Positions 1-12,457 are shown, numbered from the stretch's first letter. The stretch is 64,000 bases of DNA from Flectonema sp. DT1601 (GCA_964019425.1 OZ025804.1:124001-188000); one strand, 5' to 3'. Translations and numbers: made by a program. Notes: generated by a model from the letters alone, not told the origin.

Positions 1-1103
1 TCCGAGTGTTCTGCCGGAGGTGGTGAGCTCAAAGCTGAGATCGCCTGCGATATGCGGCCCTCTCTTACCAGTTCGGTTGCCCTCCGATTTCTTGATTTCT
101 GGACGGCGCCACTTTTGTCTGGATCTGGGTACTCCCGGTCGCATTTGCCGCCCATAGTACCATGAAGTTGCCCTTTGACCATGCCGTCAGGTCCTCGATC
201 GCGCCGTTCAAGGCTGATTCAGTCATCCGTCCTCCCTTTCTTCGTACTCTTCTCAGGGTACAGACTGGTAGCATTAGTAGCAGCCGCCAGGCTTGGTCGT
301 TATTTAAGTCTGCTACCAGATCCGACGTCAGCTTCAGCGCTTTCGCGAAGTGGTGCAGTAGGGGTACTGGAATCACCTTCAGTAGGGGCCTCCTCCGAGT
401 GGCGATGGTTTCGAGGTCCGGCAGGTCTTGTGTCGATAGAGCCATCTCCTTGAACCCCTTGTAGGCGTCATCTAATTCCTTGGATTCTAGCTTTTCTCTG
501 CAGGATTGGTGCATGGGTTGTGTCATTCCAATTACCAATCGGCAGACTGGGCACTCCCGTAGGTTGAGTCTGGAGAGGTGACTGTGTGTCAGGGGGTTCC
601 CACTGAAAGCGCGCTCTTGCGCGTGCTGGAGCAGCTCCGTCCAAGACGGGAACGCCGCCTTGTGTCTGTCGCATTCCGGTTGTGGACACGTAAGTGAGAC
701 ATCCTTTGGGCTGGGCGGATGTGGTAGCAAGGGACCAGCTGTTTCCGCGGTATTCATTCTGCCTGTCTGCAGGATCAGGAGAGGCCTTGCTTTATTGAGG
801 AGGGATGTTAGCTTTTCCGGTGCCACTACGACGGGGTCGTAATGGCTCCCCTGCAAGGTGAGTGCGATCACGTGGCCCGGGGTTGTCCCGTTCCTTCCTG
901 ACACCACTAGTTCTTCCTTTCCAACGAACAGTAGGAAGCTGCACTTCAGATCGTCTGCCATGGCTTGTAAGGCCAGTGCGTCACCCCACGCCTTGTCTGT
1001 TCTGAGCGTATTGAGGTATGCTTCCATCTCTGTGTCTGATGAAAAGCATTGGTTGAACACTTCTTGGCTCTTCTCAATAAAGTCAGCCGTCCTCTGTCGT
1101 AGC
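1..1103 (-). mobile_element. Fragment of a CRE/SLACS-like non-LTR retrotransposon ORF (C-terminal OTU-like domain, C2H2-type zinc fingers, pre-RT region); N-terminally truncated, frameshifted near 70-130, continues past the window start
   Basis: The frame of ORF 65-1060 extends upstream to about 1102 as LRQRTADFIEKSQEVF..EAYLNTLRTDKAWGDALALQAMAD..LTLQGSHYDPV (OTU WG and HY motifs, no N-terminal catalytic Cys). It also has CPQPEC..H, CPVC..H..C and AWRLLLMLPVCTLRR..GG. Bases below about 90 read RRATELVREGRISQAISALSS in another frame, resembling CRE-clade pre-RT sequence. Confidence 0.6.
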
Positions 1104-1169
1104 TTTTTTTTGAGTGCACCACGACCCGTGAGTCTGTGATGCTGATTGCGCTGTTAGGCGCGGTTGTTC

Positions 1170-1955
<786 letters not shown>

Positions 1956-2128
1956 CTTTCTTTGTTTTGGGGGTTGGGGGTGGGAACCCCGTAGGCTTCG
2001 TATCTCCTTTCTTTGTTTTGATAACTTAAAACTAATACTACATAATTAATTGTCCACTTGGACGACTTCAGATGTGTTGCAATGATGCCTTCAATGTTGA
2101 TATTCAAAATGTCGATGTTTTAATAATA

Positions 2129-4881
2129 CTACCGTCCTAATAGTTGTGCCAGTCTGTCTAAGGTTGTGACAAAACCAGTCATCTGCTGTTGATTCGCAGG
2201 TAAGTAGCAGTCCTCCAGTTGGCATGCTTCCTCTCCCTTGTCATTCATCATGTGACTGATGTATTTTTCCCTCAAGGTTTCTATACACCAATGTTCGCAT
2301 ATAAATAATACATGATGTGCTGTCGCCTTTCCAAGTTTACAGAAAAAGCACAGCTCGTTCAGTCCTTTGATTATCAGAGATCTGCAATGTCCCACTCTAA
2401 AGCGTGACATCAGTACTTCCTCTGGTCGTGTTAGAGCTTCGATGTACGGAGGGTGTCTTACCTCTCCTGGTCCGATCCAGTTCTCCCTTTTTCTCCGCTT
2501 GTGAAACGTCATCAATGTTCCCATGTCAAGTTGAGTGGGCAGTTGTTTAATAATAACATCTTCGTGAGGTGGATCTTCCTTCAGGCCTGCAGCGAATTTC
2601 GCCAGTTGGTCCGCTACTTCGTTGTACCGCACGTTTCTGTGTGCCGGTACATACTGCATGTTGACTTGGATTCCCTTCTTCTCCAATTTCATTGCCAACT
2701 TCCAGATCCTCTTGTTCATTGGGGACCTTTGTTTATATGGCCCTTGTTCCAATGCCTGCATGACTGACATCGAATCAGTCAGCAGGTGCGTCGTTGCTGT
2801 TAGAGATTCATGTTCATCCTCCGCCACCTGAACTAAATTTTCCAACGCCATTTTCACTGCAATCTGCTCGGTCCTATACGAGGAACCCGCTACTGGTATT
2901 TTATATCCAAGTAGACGCATCTTGCTTTCGTTAACCATGACCACAGCGGCAGCCGAGTCTGTCATGTAAGTCTTGGGTTTGTGTCTTATCGACCCGTCAG
3001 TGTAGACTTTCATCTCGTGAGCTGGTAGTTCAGTTTCTCGCTGTTCAGCCTCTTCCTTGTTACTTGAATATGTGAATCTCATCGCACTAGTACTTTCCAT
3101 GGAGGGAGAGTGTAGTGTTCTGGGTTCACTTCCAGGTTGGTAATGCTCCGGTAATTGTCAAGGCCAGGGACACCAGAGACATAGTCTATCCAGACATTCC
3201 ATCCCCATTTCGATTTTTGAAATAATTCTGAACTCCCTGTTCTCGTCAGCTTGCGAGTCGGTAGGAACGGACTCAATTTAAAAAGTTCATAAGTTCTACA
3301 CATCTTATACTGGATGTGTTCCTTCAGTCTTGGCGTGTCGGCTTCTTTGTAAAGTCTCTGTAGTTTGGTGCTCCGCAGACATCCAGTTACCAGCCTCACT
3401 GCCCTGTTTACCAGTAATTCCAGTTGTTCGAAGCACTCTTTTGGTAGCATCCAAGCAAAGCTTTCAACACCATAAAGCACCCTTGCTAACACCACCGTCA
3501 CCAGTATACTGATGAGTGTCCTCTTTCTACAGCCTATCCTGGTGAGTCTAACCAACAAGCCTAGACCCTTGGAAGCAGCTGTCATCATCTTTTGAATTTG
3601 CGACTTAAAGGTTAACTTCTCGTCATAATGTACACCCAGGTACCGCACGGTATTCGTCTTGTGAACTTTTCGTCCAACCGCATAGGCAAATCCGTGTAGT
3701 CCGGGTCCTCATCAGGTATTCCTTGCAAGGTTGGTTCACCGTCTTCGAATTTGAATTGGTCTGCGTATGTTTTGGTGAAGACATCTGCCATCTCCCGCGG
3801 GTCGGTTAATTCCTTCTCACCGTCGACAATCTTAGTAATTGAATGGTCCATCATTCTACCTTCCAGTTGTTTAACTTTTCTAAAGGCCCATCGGTAGTCC
3901 ATTCCAGTCATGTCGCACTCAATGATCTTCTGTTTGATCATGTTGATACCTCTTTCAATTGCTTCTGAGTCTGTCTTATCAGGGTCAGTCTCTGCCATTA
4001 AATCTTCCAATTCTGAATCCCTCACAGCGAAGGTACTACTTGACTTTTTGTTGTAGCCTGGGATGGCCCTACTCGCTGCTCTCAGAATCTCGTTGTTGAT
4101 CCTATTAGCAAGTTTCTGCACATTCTTAATTCTTTCTAATTTGGGCGCTGCCCTTTCCAACAATATTTTATAATAATTCCAATCGGCACAATGCCACTTC
4201 CATTTCCATGTCCCAGAACTCTCTTTTGAATATTCATCTGTTTTGATATCTTCGATTGTCAGTTTGAGTGGCAGGTGATCGCTGCCCCATCCCTTCATGA
4301 GTTCGATTTGTGCATCTATTGAAATATCTAATGCAATTACATCCGGAGAAGCTGAGCTTTGTGGTCTTGTTTGTTGTTGAGGTTTATTTAAAATTTGAAT
4401 TGTTGCTTCTAGTGACCAATCGTAGAAGCTGTTACCAGTGGTGTTCGTATTTCCATTTGACCAAGTTGAATGGTGTCCATTAATGTCACCCGCAATCAAT
4501 GTGCCGGGCTCTGTTTTGAACTTCCAGGTTGTTGCCTTGATTTCAGGCGGGTGGTAAACATTGTGAATTGTCAATGGCGGATTAGATTGAAGTACTACTG
4601 TTAATATCTCAGTTTGGTCATGTGAGATGTCGGGGTGTTTTAATATTAACTTATTTAAATCATTTCTGACCAGAGTGACGAGTCCTCGATGACCTGACTT
4701 GATGGTGCTGTCTCGCCTGTGGATTGCATATCCTTCAATAGCGAATTGTTTTTCTTTTGATAACCACGTTTCCTGCAGTAGTACTACTTCAGGCTTTTCT
4801 TCTTTCAGTGCCCAGTTCAATCGAAAGTAATTTTCTGGTTTCAGAACTGAGCGAATGTTATTTGACCAAATCACAATCATG
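2129..4881 (-). pseudogene. Disrupted ORF2 (APE, deleted RT, RNase H, CCHC) of copy A1
   Basis: ORF pieces 3612-4910, 3079-3648 and 2129-3100 match segments of the 1305-aa A2 protein; PQGS and FADD motifs are absent. Confidence 0.92.
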
Positions 4882-6467
4882 ATTGGCCAGTGTTGTTCCT
4901 GTTGGCGCACTTGTAGTAATCTTGTTCATACCAAGATTGTTCTCAATCCTCTTGACAGCTTCTATCAACGAAGTGATGGCTGTCGCCATGTTGTTGTTGG
5001 CTGCTTCGTTCTTTTTCGTAGTTTGCACCAGGGTTTCTACAATCCCGGTTATCTGTGCCATGCCTTCATCAAGTCGAACTTGCATGTCTTTTACTTCTTT
5101 CTGGAGACGTTCGATAGTCTCGTTCGTTTTCTCTCTCAGGCTGTTCACGTTGTTTTCTACAACCTGAACTTCGGCCGTTGGTTTCTTCGTTGTCGGGAGT
5201 GACTTCTTGACCGCGGCTGCGTACGATGTCTTAGCCTCACGGTATTTTACTACAACGGGTTTCTCCGTTTCTTTCGCCTTCACTTCTGTTTCTAATTTTT
5301 CAATGAGGATGACAATATCACCACACTGTACAAACCTTGATTCTGGTTTCTTGTCCAGTGCGATGATAAAGTCCCCTCTGTCCATCCTTATAAACTTCGA
5401 CTTCAGTCCTATCTCCAATAGGATGTTCCGAAGTCTATTGCCCCAGCTGTATGGTGCTCCACTGAGACGGTGAAGCCCTTCGCCAAACACTGTGGATGCA
5501 TATTTACCAGCACCCTTTCTCACCTTGTCAACATCCTTCGTGTAAACCACCCTCAATCCAATCTTGCCATGTATGATGGTGAGTCCATGGCAGAGGTCAT
5601 GTTGGGCTTTAAGTATGCCAACCGCCTCTTCGTTTGTTGTCTTGCGGTCCAGCCACACTGTGGTGTACTGAGTGGGTGTCTGTCCCGCCACTGATTTGAT
5701 CCGGAAATAAACATTTCCTATTCCAGAGTTTTTTAGAAGTATAACAGCTGCTTCCACATCGTTTGGGAGAACAGTGAGTTCTACAAAGTCTTTGCCAACG
5801 TATCTGTAGGAGCGTTGATCGACTCTTCCGTGTTGTGCCACAACAGCTTTGACAATTGCTGTTACAGCTGCTGGATTTTGGACCTGTGACTTGGTCAACT
5901 CTTTAGTTGTTATCCACGCAATTAGTTCGTGGGTCACTGGTGGGCTGATCTTCTTGGCGATTGTTAGAGTAGGTCGGTGTATCGTGCTAGACAAAGCAAC
6001 GAACCACCAGCTTCTTATTCTTAATTGTCCATCAAATTGGACCGGCGTTTGTATCTGACTGCAGTCAGTTGCGTGTTGTAGGGCACGTTTTGGAGGTGGC
6101 CGTGTGAACACCATCGTCAGTTGCTTCGTTTTGCTGGCCTTTTCGAAGTATTGTTCGTCCAGGCTTCTTCCTTGTTGAGCCAAGTATAATTCCATTGGTC
6201 TTGCTGTTGAGGTCATCAGTTGGCTGGAGTATTTTGCAATTAAAATGCTCCTTGTTGAGTTTCGGTGGTGGTCCATTCATAATCACCGTTGATCTTCTTT
6301 GTGCCTCTTTGATTTGAGGGCTTGATTGGGGTGCCTCATTTGACGGAGGGCTTTGTTTCGTTTTTTTCTTATCCCTTCTAGTTTTTTTTTTTTTTTTTTT
6401 TTTTTTTTTGCACCACGACCCGTGAGTCTGTGATGCTGATTGCGCTGTTAGGCGCGGTTGTTCTTTT

Positions 6468-6503
<36 letters not shown>

Positions 6504-6677
6504 ACTTTCTTTGTTTTGGGGGTTGGGGGTGGGAATCCCGTAGGCTTCGTATCTCCTTTCTTTGTTTTGATAACTTAAAACTAATACTACATAATTAATT
6601 GTCCACTTGGACGACTTCAGATGTGTTGCAATGATGCCTTCAATGTTGATATTCAAAATGTCGATGTTTTAATAATA

Positions 6678-9600
6678 CTACCGTCCTAATAGTTGTGCCA
6701 GTCTGTCTAAGGTTGTGACAAAACCAGTCATCTGCTGTTGATTCGCAGGTAAGTAGCAGTCCTCCAGTTGGCATGCTTCCCCTCCCTTGTCATTCATCAT
6801 GTGACTGATGTATTTTTCCCTCAAGGTTTCTATACACCAATGTTCGCATATAAATAATACATGATGTGCTGTCGCCTTTCCAAGTTTACAGAAAAAGCAC
6901 AGCTCGTTCAGTCCTTTGATTATCAGAGATCTGCAATGTCCCACTCTAAAGCGTGACATCAGTACTTCCTCTGGTCGTGTTAGAGCTTCGATGTACGGAG
7001 GGTGTCTTACCTCTCCCGGTCCGATCCAGTTCTCCCGTTTTCTCCGCTTGTGAAACGTCATCAATGTTCCCATGTCAAGTTGAGTCGGCAGTTGTTTAAT
7101 AATAACATCTTCGTGAGGTGGATCTTCCTTCAGGCCTGCAGCGAATTTCGCCAGTTGGTCCGCTACTTCGTTGTACCGCACGTTTCTGTGTGCCGGTACA
7201 TACTGCATGTTGACTTGGATTCCCTTCTTCTCCAGTTTTATTGCCAACTTCCAGATCTTTTTGTTCATTGGGGACCTTTGTTTATATGGCCCTTGTTCCA
7301 ATGCCTGCATGACTGACATCGAATCAGTCAACAGGTGCGTCGTTGTTGTTAGAGATTCATGTTCATCCTCCGCCACCTGAACTAAATTTTCCAACGCCAT
7401 TTTTACTGCAATCTGCTCGGTCCTATAAGAGGAACCCGCTACTGGTATTTTATATCCAAGTAGACGCATCTTGCTTCCGTTAACCATGACCACAGCGGCA
7501 GCCGAGTCTGTCATGTAAGTGTTGGGTTTGTGTCTTATCGACCCGTCAGTGTAGACTTTCATCTCGTGAGCTGGTAATTCAGTTTCTCGCTGTTCAGCCT
7601 CTTCCTTGTTGCGTGAATATGTGAATTTCATCGCATTAGTACTTTTCCATGGAGGGAGAGTGTAGTGTTCTGGGTTCACTTCCAGGTTGGTAATGCTCCG
7701 GTAGTTGTCAAGGCCAGGGACACCAGAGACATAGTCTATCCAGACATTCCATCCCCATTTCGATTTTTGAAATAATTCTGAACTCCCTGTTCTCGTCAGC
7801 TTGCGAGTCGGTAGGAACGGACTCAATTTGAAACGTTCATAAGTTCTACACATCTTATACTGGATGTGTTCCTTTAGTCTTGGCGTATCGGCTTCTTTGT
7901 AAAGTCTCTGTAGTTTGGTGCTCCGCAGACATCCAGTTACCAGCCTCACTGCCCTGTTTACCAGTAATTCCAGTTGTTCGAAGCACTCTTTTGGTAGCAT
8001 CCAAGCAAAGCTTTCAACACCATAAAGCACCCTTGCTAACACCACCGTCACCAGTATACTGATGAGTGTCCTCTTTCTACAGCCTATCCTGGTGAGTCTA
8101 ACCAACAAGCCTAGACCCTTGGAAGCAGCTGTCATCATCTTTTGAATTTGCGACTTAAAGGTTAACTTCTCGTCATAATGTACGCCTAGATACCGCACGG
8201 TATTCGTCTTGTGAACTTTTCGTCCAACCGCATAGGCAAATCCGTGTAGTCCGGGTCCCACTCTTTGCAGCATCTTATCTATTTCTGCCTTGTTGTGGAC
8301 TTTCTTCAGTTGTGGGAAGCGGGCACTCATCTTCATTGTTTTCAGTACCGCCGGTTTGTTCGGTAGCTTGACTTTGATCTTATGTTTTGGAACGACATAC
8401 AGGTGAGTGATGGCGAATTCTTCTTTTGAAGCTACAGTTGTTGAGTTATCATCCTTCACAAGGTTACTCATTTGTTCTGCCGTGGCCACCACATATTTAA
8501 ATGTGTGTTCTTCAGAGTATACTACTACTGGGGACTTGTCATGTGTTCCTCTTGGCCTCACGTGAATGTATTCCGTCTTGCCAGGGTTCTTATTGATTTT
8601 GATGTGTGAGTCAAGTGCCCACCTTTCAAATATTTTGACTGCGTTGTTAACCTTGTTTTCTAAACAGCTGACAGTGCCCGCGGTTATTACTATTCCAACA
8701 TCATCTGCAAAGACAGTCGGTTCGTACATCTCTAGTTTATCTATCAAATCGTTTATGAAGATAGAGAATAACTGGGGTCCCAGCACGCTTCCTTGTGGCA
8801 CTCCTACTCGAATGTTCCGGAATGCTCCCTTCACTCCATTCACCCTTGTTGAAATCTTCCTGCTAGTCAAGTAGTTTTGAACCCACCGTAGATATTTCGT
8901 TGGTAGTCCTATTTTGGACATCTTATTTAGAAGAGTTACCGGTTGAACTGCATCGAAGGCTTTTTGTAGGTCGAAGGTGATTAATATCGCTTCTTCTCCC
9001 ATTGCCTTGGCACTTTTGAGTTTGTCTGTAACTATACAGAGATTTTCAATGGAATCCCGTCCTCGTTTGTAGGCTGCTTGCCTCGGATTCATTCTGTCTT
9101 TCAACAGGTGGTGCATCCGTTCCACGACCATTCTTTCAAAGAGTTTCGAGACGGTCGAGGTTAGTGCTATCGGTCTGTACGATAAGACTTGTTTCTTGTC
9201 TTTATCAGGTTTCAGTATGGGTATTACCATTCCACTTTTCCAGCACCTGGGTACTGCTGATCGTTGCCATGAGAGGTTGAATAGTCTTAGTAGTTGCTCG
9301 AGGAAAGCTTTTGGAAGTTGTTTTAACATCGAGTTCCAGATGTGGTCAGGTCCAGGTGCCTTCTTCTCCTTTGTTTTTGAAATTTGTCGTTCCAGTTCAG
9401 GCATTCCAAATTCCACCGAGTTATCATCAGGTATTCCTTGCAAGGTTGGTTCACCGTCTTCGAATTTGAATTGGTCTGCGTATGTTTTGGTGAAGACATC
9501 TGCCATCTCCCGCGGGTCGGTTAATTCCTTCTCACCGTCGACAATCTTAGTAATTGAATGGTCCATCATTCTACCTTCCAGTTGTTTAACTTTTCTAAAG

Positions 9601-10595
9601 GCCCATCGGTAGTCCATTCCAGTCATGTCGCACTCAATGATCTTCTGTTTGATCATGTTGATACCTCTTTCAATTGCTTCTGAGTCTGTCTTATCAGGGT
9701 CAGTCTCTGCCATTAAATCTTCCAATTCTGAATCCCTCACAGCGAAGGTACTACTTGACTTTTTGTTGTAGCCTGGGATGGCCCTACTCGCTGCTCTCAG
9801 AATCTCGTTGTTGATCCTATTAGCAAGTTTCTGCACATTCTTAATTCTTTCTAATTTGGGCGCTGCCCTTTCCAACAATATTTTATAATAATTCCAATCG
9901 GCACAATGCCACTTCCATTTCCATGTCCCAGAACTCTCTTTTGAATATTCATCTGTTTTGATATCTTCGATTGTCAGTTTGAGTGGCAGGTGATCGCTGC
10001 CCCATCCCTTCATGAGTTCGATTTGTGCATCTATTGAAATATCTAATGCAATTACATCCGGAGAAGCTGAGCTTTGTGGTCTTGTTTGTTGTTGAGGTTT
10101 ATTTAAAATTTGAATTGTTGCTTCTAGTGACCAATCGTAGAAGCTGTTACCAGTGGTGTTCGTATTTCCATTTGACCAAGTTGAATGGTGTCCATTAATG
10201 TCACCCGCAATCAATGTGCCGGGCTCTGTTTTGAACTTCCAGGTTGTTGCCTTGATTTCAGGCGGGTGGTAAACATTGTGAATTGTCAATGGCGGATTAG
10301 ATTGAAGTACTACTGTTAATATCTCAGTTTGGTCATGTGAGATGTCGGGGTGTTTTAATATTAACTTATTTAAATCATTTCTGACCAGAGTGACGAGTCC
10401 TCGATGACCTGACTTGATGGTGCTGTCTCGCCTGTGGATTGAATATCCTTCAATAGCGAAGTGTTTTTCTTTAGATAACCACGTTTCCTGCAGTAGTACT
10501 ACTTCAGGCTTTTCTTCTTTCAGTGCCCAGTTCAATCGAAAGTAATTTTCTGGTTTCAGAACTGAGCGAATGTTATTTGACCAAATCACAATCAT
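6678..10595 (-). CDS. ORF2 polyprotein of A2: APE endonuclease, reverse transcriptase, RNase H, CCHC finger (1305 aa)
   Basis: APE motifs LQET, GDINGH, SDHLP; RT motifs APGPD, YRPIAL, DLQKAFD, GVPQGSVLGP, FADD, YLGV; RNase H motifs YTDGS, TDS, VPAH..NEVAD; CFFC-x8-H-x4-C. Confidence 0.96.
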   Translation of the reverse strand: MIVIWSNNIRSVLKPENYFRLNWALKEEKPEVVLLQETWLSKEKHFAIEGYSIHRRDSTIKSGHRGLVTLVRNDLNKLILKHPDISHDQTEILTVVLQSNPPLTIHNVYHPPEIKATTWKFKTEPGTLIAGDINGHHSTWSNGNTNTTGNSFYDWSLEATIQILNKPQQQTRPQSSASPDVIALDISIDAQIELMKGWGSDHLPLKLTIEDIKTDEYSKESSGTWKWKWHCADWNYYKILLERAAPKLERIKNVQKLANRINNEILRAASRAIPGYNKKSSSTFAVRDSELEDLMAETDPDKTDSEAIERGINMIKQKIIECDMTGMDYRWAFRKVKQLEGRMMDHSITKIVDGEKELTDPREMADVFTKTYADQFKFEDGEPTLQGIPDDNSVEFGMPELERQISKTKEKKAPGPDHIWNSMLKQLPKAFLEQLLRLFNLSWQRSAVPRCWKSGMVIPILKPDKDKKQVLSYRPIALTSTVSKLFERMVVERMHHLLKDRMNPRQAAYKRGRDSIENLCIVTDKLKSAKAMGEEAILITFDLQKAFDAVQPVTLLNKMSKIGLPTKYLRWVQNYLTSRKISTRVNGVKGAFRNIRVGVPQGSVLGPQLFSIFINDLIDKLEMYEPTVFADDVGIVITAGTVSCLENKVNNAVKIFERWALDSHIKINKNPGKTEYIHVRPRGTHDKSPVVVYSEEHTFKYVVATAEQMSNLVKDDNSTTVASKEEFAITHLYVVPKHKIKVKLPNKPAVLKTMKMSARFPQLKKVHNKAEIDKMLQRVGPGLHGFAYAVGRKVHKTNTVRYLGVHYDEKLTFKSQIQKMMTAASKGLGLLVRLTRIGCRKRTLISILVTVVLARVLYGVESFAWMLPKECFEQLELLVNRAVRLVTGCLRSTKLQRLYKEADTPRLKEHIQYKMCRTYERFKLSPFLPTRKLTRTGSSELFQKSKWGWNVWIDYVSGVPGLDNYRSITNLEVNPEHYTLPPWKSTNAMKFTYSRNKEEAEQRETELPAHEMKVYTDGSIRHKPNTYMTDSAAAVVMVNGSKMRLLGYKIPVAGSSYRTEQIAVKMALENLVQVAEDEHESLTTTTHLLTDSMSVMQALEQGPYKQRSPMNKKIWKLAIKLEKKGIQVNMQYVPAHRNVRYNEVADQLAKFAAGLKEDPPHEDVIIKQLPTQLDMGTLMTFHKRRKRENWIGPGEVRHPPYIEALTRPEEVLMSRFRVGHCRSLIIKGLNELCFFCKLGKATAHHVLFICEHWCIETLREKYISHMMNDKGGEACQLEDCYLPANQQQMTGFVTTLDRLAQLLGR

Positions 10596-12457
10596 GATTG
10601 GCCAGTGTTGTTCCTGTTGGTCGCACTTGTAGTAATCTTGTTCATACCAAGATTGTTCTCAATCCTCTTGACAGCTTCTATTAGCGAAGTGATGGCTGTC
10701 GCCATGTTGTTGTTGGCTGCTTCGTTCTTTTTCGTAGTTTGCACCAGGGTTTCTACAATCCCGGTTATCTGTGCCATGCCTTCATCAAGTCGAACTTGCA
10801 TGTCCTTCACTTCTTTCTGGAGACGTTCGATTGTCTCGTTCGTTTTCTCTCTCAGGCTGTTCACGTTGTTTTCTACAACCTGAACTTCGGCCGTTGGTTT
10901 CTTCGTTGTCGGGAGTGACCTCTTGACCGCGGCTGCGTACGATGTTCTAGCCTCACGGTACTTAACTACAACGGGTTTCGCTGTTTCCTTCGCCTTCACT
11001 TCTGTTTCTAACTTTTCAATGAGGATGACAATATCTCCACACTGTACAAACCTTGATTCTGGTTTCTTGTCCAGTGCGATGATAAAGTCACCTCTGTCCA
11101 TCCTTATAAACTTTGACTTCAGTCCTATCTCCAATAGGATATTCCGAAGTCTGTTACCCCAGCTGTAAGGTGCTCCACTGAGACGGTGAAGCCCTTCGCC
11201 AAACACTGTGGATGCATATTTACCAGCACCCTTTCTTACTTTATCAACATCCTTTTGATAAACCACCCTCAATCCAATCTTGCCATGTATGATGGTGAGT
11301 CCATGGCAGAGGTCATGTTGGGCTTTAAGTATGCCAACTGCCTCTTCGTTTGTTGTCTTGCGGTCCAGCCACACTGTGGTGTACTGAGTGGGTGTCTGTC
11401 CCGCCACTGATTTAATCCGGAAATAAACATTTCCTATTCCGGAGTTTCTTAAAAGTGCGACAGCTGCTTCCACATCGTTTGGGAGAACAGTGAGTTCTAC
11501 GAAGTCTTTGCCAACGTATCTGTAGGAGCGTTGATCGACTCTTCCGTGTTGTGCCACAACAGCTTTGACAATTGCTGTTACAGCTGCCGGGTTTTGGACC
11601 TGTGACTTGGTCAACTCTTTAGTTGTTATCCACGCAATTAATTCGTGGGTCACCGGTGCGTTGATCTTCTTGGCGATCGTTAGAGTTGGCCGGTGGATCG
11701 TGCCAGACAGAGCAACGAACCACCAGCTTCTTATTCTTAATTGCCCATCGAATTGGACAGGTGTCTGTATCTGACTGCAGTCAGTTGCGTGTTGTAGGGC
11801 ACGTTTTGGAGGTGGTCGTGTGAACACCATCGTCAGTTGCTTCGTTTTACTGGCCTTTTCGAAGTAGTCTTCGTCCAGGCTTCTTGCTTGTTGAGATAAT
11901 GCAAGTATAATGCCGTTGGTCTTGCTGTTGAGGGTCTCAGTTGGCTGGAGTATTTTGCATTTAAAATGCTCCTTGTTTAGCTTCGGTGGTGGTCCATTCA
12001 TAATCACCGTCGATCTTCTTTGTGCCTCTTTGATTTGAGGGCTTGATTGGGGTGCCTCATTTGACGGAGGGCTTTGATCTGCTTTTAAAAATTTACTTCC
12101 ATGTGCCTCGATATTTTGAGGGCTTATTTGAATTGCCTCTTTGTTTTGAGGGCTTGTCTTTGTTTGAGTTGCCTCCTTGTTTTGAGGGCTTGCTTGAAAT
12201 GCTGCGGGAGGTCCCACTGCGGTCACCTCTACTGCGATTCCTTCCGGTACTTCTGGAGAGTCCATCTCCATTTCTTCCTCTGATACTTCTGGTGATTCTC
12301 CCATCACCACGTCCTCGTCTTCTCGCTGTTGGGTCTCTTCTTCTTCCCGGATCTCATTTCTGGCTTGTTCCCTCATCATCTTCGCCTCTTTCCTTTCTCT
12401 TTCTCTCCTTTCTGCAGCCCTTCTATCTTGCGGACGCATTGCTTTCTTTCCAGCCAT
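10592..12457 (-). CDS. ORF1 (gag-like) of A2, 621 aa; charged N-terminus, SPQ repeats, C-terminal coiled-coil-like region
   Basis: Lies upstream of ORF2 with a 4-nt ATGA stop/start overlap; near-identical in A3. Confidence 0.88.
   Translation of the reverse strand: MAGKKAMRPQDRRAAERRERERKEAKMMREQARNEIREEEETQQREDEDVVMGESPEVSEEEMEMDSPEVPEGIAVEVTAVGPPAAFQASPQNKEATQTKTSPQNKEAIQISPQNIEAHGSKFLKADQSPPSNEAPQSSPQIKEAQRRSTVIMNGPPPKLNKEHFKCKILQPTETLNSKTNGIILALSQQARSLDEDYFEKASKTKQLTMVFTRPPPKRALQHATDCSQIQTPVQFDGQLRIRSWWFVALSGTIHRPTLTIAKKINAPVTHELIAWITTKELTKSQVQNPAAVTAIVKAVVAQHGRVDQRSYRYVGKDFVELTVLPNDVEAAVALLRNSGIGNVYFRIKSVAGQTPTQYTTVWLDRKTTNEEAVGILKAQHDLCHGLTIIHGKIGLRVVYQKDVDKVRKGAGKYASTVFGEGLHRLSGAPYSWGNRLRNILLEIGLKSKFIRMDRGDFIIALDKKPESRFVQCGDIVILIEKLETEVKAKETAKPVVVKYREARTSYAAAVKRSLPTTKKPTAEVQVVENNVNSLREKTNETIERLQKEVKDMQVRLDEGMAQITGIVETLVQTTKKNEAANNNMATAITSLIEAVKRIENNLGMNKITTSATNRNNTGQS

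Noticed and set aside
1072..1111. SL-like words (AAAGCTAC, CTGACTTTATTG) near the A1 insertion point
   Set aside because: Short, wrongly spaced relative to the SL, and explained by OTU codons (KLR..ADFIE); probably chance.
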